A stretch of 64,000 nt of DNA from Octopus bimaculoides (Eukaryota): the NCBI RefSeq assembly GCF_001194135.2, contig NC_068991.1, forward strand, positions 60,677,618 through 60,741,617, in the 5' to 3' direction. Positions 12,404-25,253 of the stretch are shown piece after piece. Position 1 is the first letter of the stretch. The number at the start of each line of letters is the position of its first letter. A model generated the notes under the pieces. It searched no databases and had not been told where the DNA came from. It saw only the letters and a program-made list of their open reading frames with translations. The position numbers and the translations under genes are program-made.

Positions 12404-13137
12404 GTATATGTTTGTGTGTCAACCGATGCTGGTGTGTTTACGTCCCCTTAACTTATCGGTTTGGTAACAAAAACCGATAGAATAAGTACTAGGCTTACAA
12501 AGAATAAGTCCTGGGGTCGATTTGTTCGACTAAAGACGGTGCTCCAGCATGGCCGCAGTCAAAATGACTGAAATAAGTAAAAGAATATATATATATATTT
12601 ATTATATTATATATGTCTGTGTGTTACTGTCTCGTTTGACATTGTCACTGTGTGATAGTTGTATATGAGTGTAACCATCATGAAAGCAGACATGAAAACG
12701 TGTGTGGGGGAAAAACATTACCTTGTTTAAAAGCAAGTGAGGAAGGGTGTCTGGCCCTAGAAAATCTGTCACAAGAAATTCTTTCTGACTCATGCAAGTA
12801 TGAAAAAATGTTAAAATGATAATGGAGATGATTACACACACACACACACACACGGTTGTGTGTTATATAGGAATAATGGCACTTGAAACACTCATAGTAG
12901 TAACAGAGACCAATCTCAGTACTAGAAATGGTGATTGAGGCATAAGGCCAGAAATCCCGAGAAGAAGGGTTAGTTGATTACATTGACTTCAGTACTTGAC
13001 TGGGACTCAGTGTTATGGACACTGGGGTGGGAAGGAAAGGCAAAGTTGACTTCTGCAGGATTTGAACTCAAAATGCAAAAAGCTGGAGAAATTTTGTCCA
13101 GTTGATTGTCCATCAATGATTTCTTTTACATATGATG

Positions 13138-13170
<33 letters not shown>

Positions 13171-14999
13171 GTTTCAAATTTTGGCACAAGGCCAGCAATT
13201 GTTGGGGAGGGTGCCAGTTGATTACATTGACCCTGAAAGGATGAAAGGCAAATTCGACCCTGGTTACATTTGAACTCATAATGTGAAGTCGGAAGAAATG
13301 CAGGTAAGCATTTTTTTCTGGCACAGTAACGATTCTGCCAGCACACTGCTTGATGATGATGATGATGATCATCATCATCATCGTTTCACATCTGCTTTCC
13401 ATGCTGGCATGGGTTGGACGATTTGACTGGGGACTGGTGAACCAGATGGCTGCACCAGGCTGCAATCTTATCTGGCAGAGTTTCTACAGTTGGATGCCCT
13501 TCCTAATGCCAACCACTCCGAGATGATGATGATGATAATAATTCTTTCTACTGGAAGCACAAGGCCTCAAATTTGCAGGNNNNNNNNNNNNNNNNNNNNN
13601 NNNNNNNNNNNNNNNNNNNNNNNNNNNNNNNNNNNNNNNNNNNNNNNNNNNNNNNNNNNNNNNNNNNNNNNNNNNNNNNNNNNNNNNNNNNNNNNNNNNN
13701 NNNNNNNNNNNNNNNNNNNNNNNNNNNNNNNNNNNNNNNNNNNNNNNNNNNNNNNNNNNNNNNNNNNNNNNNNNNNNNNNNNNNNNNNNNNNNNNNNNNN
13801 NNNNNNNNNNNNNNNNNNNNNNNNNNNAGGCAAAGTCAACCTTGGCGGAATTTGAACTCAGAACGTAGTAGCAGACAAAATACTGCTAAACATTTCACCT
13901 GGCGTGTTAACGATTCTGCCAGCTCACTGCCTTGCATAATAATAATAATAGTAATAACGATAATAATAACAGCAATAGTTTCAAATTTAACACAAGGCCA
14001 GCAACTTTGGGGGTTGGGGTAAGTTGATTACATTGACCCCAGTGCTCAACTGGTACTTATTTTATTGACCCTGAAAGGATGAAAGGCAAAGTTGACCTCA
14101 GCGGAATTTGAACTCAGAATGTAAAGATGGAGGAAATACTGCTAAGCATCTTACCTGGCATGGTAACAATTCTGCCAGCTCACTGCCTTTAATAATAATC
14201 TTTTCTACTGGAAGCACAAGGCCTCAAATTTTGGGGGAAGGGATTAAGTTGATTACATTGACACCAGTATGCAACTGGTACTTAATTTATTGAACAAGGA
14301 AGGATGAAAGGTAAAGTCGACCTTGGCGGAATTTGAACTCAGAATGTAATGGCAGGTGGCACATAAAATACACCATTTTGAGCGTGCCCGTTGCCAGTAC
14401 CGCCTGACTGGCCTTCGTGCTGGTGGCACGTAAAAGCACCCACTACACTCTCAGAGTGGTTGGTGTTAGGAAGGGCATCCAGCCGTAGAAACTCTGCCAA
14501 ATCAGATTGGAGCCTGGTGTAGCCATCTGGCTCACCAGTCCTCAGTCAAATCGTCCAACCCATGCTAGCATGGAAAGCGGACGTTAAACGATGATGATGA
14601 TATATAAGGCTGAATAACAAATTAAGTTCAACATCACCACACACACCTCCTTCCCCATATAACTATCATTCCTTCCTCTCTTTCCATCACCCCCACCCCC
14701 CAAAAAAATACACACAGACATACCCAAGGAGTAAACATCCCTCTAGTAAATAAACATCCATTGATGTTATGTCACCTGAAGAAATGAATCCGTGAAGATG
14801 ATCTACCTGATGCCCGTGGATACTACAGACTACACTATAATCATCTCAAGAATATGGACTGTAATCTTGAGAGACATGTGATTTGTAGAAACATGCATAG
14901 CAATGCATTAAAAGTTAAATTCCATCCAAGAATTATTGTTATTATTATTACTATCTATCTATCTATCTGTCTGTCTGTATATATATGTGTGTGTGTATG

Positions 15000-15037
<38 letters not shown>

Positions 15038-18000
15038 AAAGCAGGGAGTGTGTTCCAGGTCAAGAATGGAAGAAACCATATTATAATCAAGCAGTATATT
15101 GACCTCTTGTGTTTGTGAGTTGAGAGAAATATATTTATCTTTCCTTTAATTAATGAGTTTTCTATTGCTAAAATAGCTCTGGCCGCCCAATTAAACTTAT
15201 GTTACAGTGGTTATTAAGTGTTTTTCAAACTGTCTAGTGTCACTTTTAATTTGGATAAGACTCCAACAGACTCCACTGGTTTGGCATCACTACAGACACT
15301 ACTCTGTAAGATGATTATCAAATTCCGTTGATTTGCCATTACTGTTATTGACATCACCGTTATTATTAATGCTAAAATAAAGGCAGCGAGCTGGCAGAAT
15401 TGTTAGCATGTTGGGTAAAATGTTTAGCGGTATTTCACCTGTCACTGCAGTCTGAATTCAAATTCCACTGAGGTCAACTTTGCTCTCATCCTTTCGGGGT
15501 CGATAAATTAAATACCAATGAAACACTAGTCCCCTCCCACCAAATTTCAGGCCTTGTGCCTATTGTAGAAAGGATTATTAATGCTAAGATAAGCAAAATT
15601 TTTTAGGTTAGTTAAAATATGTTTGTGTGACATATTTCAACTGTTAAAAGGCAAATTCAGTGGTTACTGTAGAGAAGATATTTCTCTTATGGTAAAAAGG
15701 TGTGAAAATAGCCTATTTGTTCAGTGTTGTCATCTATCAGAAATCCCAGATACCAATGTTTCAAGCTTCTTGGCTCTTGTCAATGGAATGTACCTAAGAG
15801 AGACAACTCTGAACAATATTTTCTCCACAGTAACTGCAGTGAATTTGCCTTTTAGCAGTTGAAATATGTTACAAACATTTTAACTAACCTAAAAAAATTT
15901 TTAATGCTAAAATCTTGCTTTTGTTGCAGGGTTGTGATATTAGAATAGCATGTCATTCATTGTCCTCATCATATCTTAATCATCTTTGTTTTCCATGCTA
16001 GTGTGGGTTGGACAATTCAACAGGAAGTGGGTAGCCAGAGGACTGCACCAATCTCCAATGTCTGTGCTGGCATATTGGCATGGTCTCTATGGCTGAATGT
16101 CCTTCCAAATGCCAACCACCTTACAAAGTGTACTAGGTAGTTTTTATGTGACACCTGCACTAGTGAAGCGGGGAAGGAGTATTGAGGGAGGTGACTTTAT
16201 ATCAGGTGACAAGAAGCTAAAGTATGATTGAAAGGCAAGAACAGGGATCTTACTGTAGGGGAGATCCAGGGTTATTCCAGTTAGAAAAGATGTATCTTAA
16301 GTAATTGATCTAGGAGTGATGCAGTTGCTTTGTAGGACCTGTCTTTTGTGGTGACTCTACATCAGTGGTTTTCAACCAGGGTTCATATGGCCCTTGAGGG
16401 TCCACATAAGATTTTGTTGTTAAAATTTGTGCAATATATTGGATATACTTCTATAATACATAAAATATTTTAGTAATTTTTAAATACAATTTCTAATAAC
16501 ATTTAATTATAAAAATATACTGGAACATTTTTAAACATATATATTTTTAAACACATATATATATATGTGTGTGTGTGTTTGTCCCCCCAACATCGCTTGA
16601 CAACCGATGCTGGTGTGTTTACGTCCCCGTAACTTAGCGGTTCGGCAAAAGAGACCGATAGCATAAGTACTAGGCTTACAAAGAATAAGTCCTGGAGTTG
16701 ATTTTCTCGACTAAAGGCGGTGCTCCAGCATGGCCGCAGTCAAATGACTGAAACAAGTAAAAGAGTAATATGTTTATGAGGGTCCAGTAGAGTAAAATAG
16801 GGATCAAAGGGTTCCATTGGTACAAAATGGTTGAGAACCACTGCTCTACATGTTCCTCATGTAGAAGAAAAAAAAATAATGTAATTGTTTACTANNNNNN
16901 NNNNNNNNNNNNNNNNNNNNNNNNNNNNNNNNNNNNNNNNNNNNNNNNNNNNNNNNNNNNNNNNNNNNNNNNNNNNNNNNNNNNNNNNNNNNNNNNNNNN
17001 NNNNNNNNNNNNNNNNNNNNNNNNNNNNNNNNNNNNNNNNNNNNNNNNNNNNNNNNNNNNNNNNNNNNNNNNNNNNNNNNNCTGGGTACATGGAGTAAAT
17101 AAAATCATAACATAAACAATTAAATATAAGAAATAATAATTTCTTAAAGTATGTGTTAATCCCCATGTACCCAGACTTTGTGGACATGTTGTATATACAT
17201 CTACCTGTAAAATTATACAAGTTGAGCAGCAATGACATTAAACTCATCAGTGTGTGAGGGATTTTAAAGGTATTGTGCTACTTCCTCAGATTAAATATAT
17301 AAAGTTATCAAGTGTACAACGGCTTAGAATAGCTATGGGCATGATCTTCCATTTAGATTAGTAAATATAAAATAGTCTGTTGTGTATCATACTTAATGCA
17401 GATACATTGTGAAAAGGCAAATTAACTGTGGTATTCATCTGGAGATAGCATATCTTTTGGATGCAGGTGATTTACTTTTTTGTAATCTATCTGCATTATG
17501 TATGATGCAGAGATTGCTATTTTAAACTAATGCTGTTTCAGTTGCACATAAAGCATTTTTATTCAACCAGGTGGCTAACTGCAACATAAATAATTATTCA
17601 GTCACTGCTTTTCTATATCAATAACAGCAAATTTGTCTGAGAATGAATTTTAGTAGTGAGTCCATGCTACTGATGAAGCCCAAAAAGGCTGAAATGCACA
17701 TCTTGCATTCTCACCACTGCTGCTGGATGATTTTCATTTGTTACAGGTTATATTTGTGGTTTTTAAAGCAGTATGCCCATAAGAAATACTATCTTCAGAT
17801 GAATACCACAATTAATTTGCCTTTTCGTGATGTATCTGCATTAAGTATGATACACAGATGGCTGTTTTATTCTAATACTGCTTCTATTGTACAGAAATAA
17901 AATAAAATAAAAAATTGCATTAACTGAAGTTGTACAGTTTGTGTGTGTGTGTGTGTGAGAGAGAAAGAGAGTGAACAGAAGTGATTGAGTGGTCTGGGTA

Positions 18001-21000
18001 GAAACATACAATCTGAGAGATAAAGATGGATGGAACCTCATCTGAGATAGACAAGTGATCTAGTTAGAAGTCGAAACTAAGTGCTAGTCTTTAAAAACTC
18101 CATCAGAATTTAAGGAGCACGCACGCATGCACGCACGCGCGCGAATGATTGCAAAACGTTTCTGAAGAATGATGGAAAAATTTAGCCTGATGTATTTCAT
18201 AACTTAAAAACACAAAAGCTTATTAAATGTATCTTAATTTCAGCAATACATATTCAGGGAAAAAAATGTCTTGTGAATTAAAACCTGTAAAACCTAATGA
18301 GATGATTATATGTATACATAACATGGTTGTTTCTGATTTATAAACCATGACTAATTGAGTAATTCATTAAATCAATGTTATATAGAGTAATTATCATTAT
18401 TACTACTACCATCACTTCCTTCGCTACCATTATTATCACCCCCACCTCCATTTTTGTCTGGTTTCCTGCCAGCCTGCCTCTGTTATCACAAATTACTTTT
18501 ATTTGTATCACCATTTGCTCAGAATGAGTTGAGTGTGTTGCAGTCAGTAAATCTACTGGTATGAGACAACTGGGCACAGCTGTTTAGGTGCTGACCTTTT
18601 GGCATGACTGGCTGGACATTTAACCTGTTTTGGTGATAGTTTGTTTTGGCGCTGGAGGCAAACACTTACATGCACAGGTATGTGCATGCAAAAATATGCA
18701 CATACACAAAGAGAGAGGGAGAAAGAAAGAAACATTGCACATACATACAAATATAACTAGATGCTCATACACATATACAGAGAGAGAGAGAGAGTGAGAA
18801 CAACAAAAAAAACAGTAAAACATCTGATATCAAAGAAGTCAGTGTCAAATCATTGATGCCAAAACGGTTGTGTGCTAAGACGTCTCATATCCAAATCTAC
18901 AACATCCTGAATATAGAATCTAACTACATCAGAGATCATGAATGTTCAACACGGAGATCATCGACCAGTCATGATTCCAAAGATAGACAATGACAACATA
19001 CACACAAGCACCAGATATGACTTGTCTTACTAACTTACATTTTCAGTCGTCTATCTTGCTGTTTATAGAATCCTGGGAGAGGGCTCTGACAGAACTACAT
19101 TGTGGATAAGTTTGCCTTGTAGATGACAGCGCATGACTAAGCTAACAGAAGTGTTTTTTGAGCAAGATTTGGGTTGGATTGAATTGCCCATGTTCAGTCC
19201 ATTGCTGGATGAAGGCCTCAGCCTGTTCTCTCCACCAGATAACAGCTTGAGATCATACTGGTTAGATGAGGTTACTCTGCCACTCTGGCTTGACATGGCT
19301 TGGCAAAGGGATGCAGGTTATTTTTTTTTTTTTGTATTCACACCCAGGAGTAGTTAAGTTGATTACATTAACTCTAGTAGGAGTTGAACTCTGAACCTAA
19401 AGACAAATGAAATAAATACTCCTAAACATTTTGCCCAGTGTGCTGATGATTTCACCAGCTTGCTGTCTCACAAGACTTACTGAAAGGAATTGATCTGATA
19501 GCAACAATGGACTATGGAGTTTCGCATAAAATCCAAAGTGGTTATGCATTAGTTTGCTTCTCTCATTGACCAAATCTTACAGCTTTACTACATAATGGTG
19601 TGAATGAGCCCATAATAATTGTGAGTTTTTGTGACTCTCTATTCTAGATTAAGAATGTACTGTGTACACAGTTGAATGCAGATGTTTGTCTCATTTTTAC
19701 GTTTGGTTTTACTTTTCTTGTGTATCTTAGTAATGTCTAGTAGTTTGTTTTGGCTAGTAATCATCATCATCATCATCATCATCATCGTTTAACGTCCGCT
19801 TTCCATGCTAGCATGGGTTGGATGATTTGACTGAGGACTGGTGAAACCGGATGGCAACACCAGGCTCCAGTCTAATTTGGCAGAGTTTCTACAGCTGGAT
19901 GCCCTTCCTAACGCCAACCACTCAGAGAGTGTAGTGGGTGCTTTTACGTGTCACCCGCACGAAAACGGCCACGCTCGAAATGGTGTCTTTTATGTGCCAC
20001 CCGCACAAGTCAGTCCAGGGGCACTGGCAACGATCTCGCTCGAAAATCCTACGGGAGCCAGTCAGGNNNNNNNNNNNNNNNNNNNNNNNNNNNNNNNNNN
20101 NNNNNNNNNNNNNNNNNNNNNNNNNNNNNNNNNNNNNNNNNNNNNNNNNNNNNNNNNNNNNNNNNNNNNNNNNNNNNNNNNNNNNNNNNNNNNNNNNNNN
20201 NNNNNNNNNNNNNNNNNNNNNNNNNNNNNNNNNNNNNNNNNNNNNNNNNNNNNNNNNNNNNNNNNNNNNNNNNNNNNNNNNNNNNNNNNNNNNNNNNNNN
20301 NNNNNNNNNNNNNNNNNNNNNNNNNNNNNNNNNNNNNNNNNNNNNNNNNNNNNNNNNNNNNNNNNNNNNNNNNNNNNNNNNNNNNNNNNNNNNNNNNNNN
20401 NNNNNNNNNNNNNNNNNNNNNNNNNNNNNNNNNNNNNNNNNNNNNNNNNNNNNNNNNNNNNNNNNNNNNNNNNNNNNNNNNNNNNNNNNNNNNNNNNNNN
20501 NNNNNNNNNNNNNNNNNNNNNNNNNNNNNNNNNNNNNNNNNNNNNNNNNNNNNNNNNNNNNNNNNNNNNNNNNNNNNNNNNNNNNNNNNNNNNNNNNNNN
20601 NNNNNNNNNNNNNNNNNNNNNNNNNNNNNNNNNNNNNNNNNNNNNNNNNNNNNNNNNNNNNNNNNNNNNNNNNNNNNNNNNNNNNNNNNNNNNNNNNNNN
20701 NNNNNNNNNNNNNNNNNNNNNNNNNNNNNNNNNNNNNNNNNNNNNNNNNNNNNNNNNNNNNNNNNNNNNNNNNNNNNNNNNNNNNNNNNNNNNNNNNNNN
20801 NNNNNNNNNNNNNNNNNNNNNNNCCTGTTTGTTTACAGTCTTTATTGCACCTGAACATCTGCCACAAACAAAAACTAACTTGCTAGTTAACCTGCCTTTG
20901 ATGTTGCTGCACCTCTTATGTGTCCATAGCTTGCACCGGGTACATCTTATAGAGTTACTACCTACTCCTTTTCTACATACTGAGCAGGGCCATCTACCTG

Positions 21001-23972
21001 AAGGGGTTTGTGTTTTATCTACCTTCCTACTTATTAGGATTTTGGTTTTAGCTAGGTTGACTCTAAGGCCCTTCAATTCTAGACCTTGCTTCCACACCTG
21101 AAACTTCTCCTCTAGTTCTGATTATCAAAAAATTTGTTGCAAATGCTTTTGTTTGTGTTGTGTAAGTTAATGCTTTCATTTTTAAAACTTATATTTTTCA
21201 CATTTGTTAAAATCAAACATCTGCTTTTTGAATTTAGTTTTGTTGTTGTTGTTGTTGTAGTAGTCTGTGTTATGTTAGAATTGGTTTTAGGGTGTTTCTT
21301 GTTCAGCCCATGTATTGGAGTAAACTCCACATTTTTGTAAGGTTCACTTTATACAAAAAGGGCACTTAGCAAGACCGCCGTGTTATGTTGGTAAATAATC
21401 TTTATTCTAGTGTAAATAATAATTCTTTCTAATTTGGCACAAGGCCATCAATTTTTAAGGGAAGAAAAAGTTGATTACATTGACACACAATACTTGGCTG
21501 GTACTTATTTTTTCTGACTCCCAAAAGGATGGAAAGCAAAGTTGGCAGAATTTGAACTGAGAATGTAAAGAGCAAGAAAAATGCCACTAAGCATATTGTC
21601 AGTTCTACTAGGTTACCACCTTAACAACAACAACAACAACAACAACAACAATAATAATAATAAGCCTGTCTATTGTAAGCACAAGCTGAAATTTTGTGGG
21701 AGGGGGCTAGTCAATTACTTTAACACCAACATTCAACAGATATTTATTTTATTGACCCCAAAAGGGATGAAAAGCAAAGTTGATCTTGACAGAATTTGAA
21801 CTCAGAACATAAAGATGGAAGAAATGCTGATAAGCATTTTGCTTGACATGCTAACAATTCTATCAGCTTGCTACCTTAGCAGTAGTAATAATAGTAACAA
21901 CAAAATACATCTTAATGATTTTCTTTAATGACACAATTTGATTTGCTTTTTTCTTTTTTTTTTCTACAGGTGGTGACGATCGGAGAGTTTTACTTTGGAA
22001 TACGGAGAAGGCATTGTCCGATATTGGAGGTCCTCTTAGTATGAAAGGAGAACATAATAGTAACATATTTTGTTTGGCATTTGACAACGAAAATAAAAGA
22101 ATCTTTTCTGGAGGTGAAAACCTTTTAATGCATTATTCTAAAAAAATATTCTCATTATTGGTGTAGTAGAACTTTTGTTGAATGGGTTCAAACTCTCTTC
22201 TATATCAGTGGTTCTCAACCATGTTTTGCCTATGGACGCCTTTGATTCCTATTTTGCCTGGGTGGATCCTCATAACCATTCCATGTTTAAAAAATTCTAA
22301 TATTTTTATAAGTAAATATTATTAGGAATCGCATAAAACTAATTATTAAAATATTTTGTGTATTGTAGATGTATAACCAGTAGATAAATTTTAACAATGA
22401 AATCTTATGTGGGCCCCCAAGGATCATATGAAACCCTGGTTGAGAACCACTGGTCTAAATGGTCTTGAATTCATATCCTACTGCAAACATTGTGTCTCAG
22501 AGCAAGACATCATCATCATCAGCATTTAACGTCCATTTTCCATGCTGGAATGGGCTGGATGGTTTGACAGGAGCCGGCAAGGCCAGAGGTTGACCCAGGT
22601 TCCATAATCTGTTTTGGTTTGGTTTTTATGGCTGGATGCCCTTCTTAATGCCAACTACTTTTCAGAGTGTACTGAGTGCTATTTATGTGGCACCAGCACC
22701 CACATCAATGTTGTGGGTGGGTCTTCTTGAGTGCAGCAATGTGCCAGTGCCACATATCTCAGTCCTCTGTTATCTTCTTTGTAATGCTCAGGATTTTGAG
22801 ATCAGCCATCAACGACATTCAAACACATTGTTGTCCATTAAAGAAATCATTGTTTCAATACATAACCATAATTTCATTAAATCTTCCTGCTTAGTGTATA
22901 CATTGTTTTGATACTATACACTCTAATAAGGCACAGATGTGGCCGTGTGGTTAAAAAGCTTGCTTTCCAGCCATTAGTCTTGAGTTCAATCCCACTGTGT
23001 GATATCTCTGTTAAATGTCTTCTAGTATAGCCCTGGGCTGACCAAAGCCTTATCAGTGGATTTGGTAGATGGATCGTTACCAACGTTGCCTTCCTGTCAT
23101 TTGTGCCAGTGGCACGTGAAAAGACATTCGAGCGAGATCGTTGCGACGTCGCCTTCCTGGCACGTGAAAAGTCATTTGAGCGAGATCGTTGCCAGTGCCG
23201 ATGGACTGGCTCCGGTGCAGGTGACACGTAAAATACACCATTTCGAGCATGGCCGTGGATCGTTACCAATATTGCCTTCCTGGCACTTGTGCCAGTGGCA
23301 CGTGAAAAGACATTTGAGTGAGATCGTTGCCAGTGTTGATGGACTGGCTCCTGTGCAGGTGACACGTAATACACCATTTCGAGCGTGGCCTTTGCCGGTA
23401 AGACATCCGAGCGAGATCATTGCCAGTGCCCCTGGACTGGCCATGTGCAGGTGGCACGTAAAATACACCATTTCGAGCATGGCCGTTGCCAGTACCCGCC
23501 TGACTGCCCCTCGTGCCGGTGGCACGTAAAAGCACTCACTACACTCTCAGAGTGGTTGGCGTTAGGAAGGGCATCCAGCTGTAGAAACTCTGCCAAATCA
23601 GATTGGAGCCTGGTGTAGCCAACTGGTTTCACCAGTCCTCAGTCAAATCGTCCAACCCATGCTAGCATGGAAAGCGGACATTAAACGATGATGATGATGA
23701 TGATGATGATATATGTGTGTGTGTACACATAAATGTATATATATACAGGGTGGCCCAAAAGTAGGTTTACAGTTATTCAAACTACCTCTTTCACATTCGT
23801 ATATTAACATTTTAGATCTTAATTATAAAAAAATATGAAACCATATTCTATGCTAATTTAATTAATTTTGTCAAGCTCCCTTTTCATTTTGTAAGATACA
23901 AATTTAAATGTAATAAAATGTGTTAAAAGAAATTTAAAGTGACTACTTGATAACTGTAAACCTACTTTTGGG

Positions 23973-24009
<37 letters not shown>

Positions 24010-25183
24010 TGCATATATACACACTATACACACACACATACACGTATATACGCTGTTTAGAATTTATCATTGATTACATATTTTGACCCACCATACAAGT
24101 CTAGTTTCCTCCACTTAGTGGCTTTATGATGTTTTAAAGTGTATATTTATGGGGTGTTGTCAAAGTTTTAGCAAAACAAAATTGTGTTGCTGCCATCCTT
24201 AAAATGTCAGAAAATACTGGATGTGAGATATTAACTGTTGACCTTTGACTTGTAGGCCAACAATAGATTGACTAGTAGAATAGTTCTGTGGTATGAACTA
24301 GCACTAGTCTCCAATAAAGTAAAGTACTGTGGTGTTGGATAATCTATAACTGTCTCATATCATTATGTTAATTGTCGATAGTATAATTATATAAGCTCAT
24401 GAAAACCACATGCTCATTTATGTTGGCTTGTAGTGGTCAAACAGCTCTGTTAACTGAAAACTTCTTTGGTGTGAAATATAGCTGTTGTTGGATTGGCACT
24501 TTGAAATCACTGATTACATCTTTCACATTTCAGAAGTTACTGTTATTAACAAGAATTAATTCTGCTATCTTAAAAGGATATTTCTGCAGAGAGATCTTTG
24601 ATATATTTATTATCTAGTTTGAAAGACATCTTATACTTGTAAAGCCAGATGAGAGCATGGAATTAATAAATAGATTTATTTCTATTAAGCGTGGGAGATA
24701 CAGAAGATGGTTACTTTGATGAAACAGAGCAGCCTGAAATTACAAAAGAGGAGGCTGTTCATGAGCAAAAGATTTCATTTGCGTTTAAGTTTACTTATGA
24801 GATTGTAAGAATATCAGATTGTGAGAATACCAGATTGTGAGAATACCAGATTGTGAGTGCTGATCTGTAGTAGAATAGCTTATCATATATTATAAAGTTA
24901 GATTAATAAACCCATTAGTTTCTTTTATTCTTTTACTTGTTTCAGTCATCTGACTATGGCTATGCTGGAGCACCACCTTAAAGGGTTTTAGTAGAAGAAA
25001 TCAACCCCAGGACTTTGTAGTCTTTGTAAGCCTAGTACTTATTCTATTGGTTTCCTTTGCTGAACTGCTATGTTGTGGGGATCTAAACACATTAACATCA
25101 GTTGTCAAGCAGTGGTGAGGGGACAGACACAAAGACATGCACACATAAATATATATGTATATATTTATGTGTGTGTTTATATA

Positions 25184-25253
<70 letters not shown>

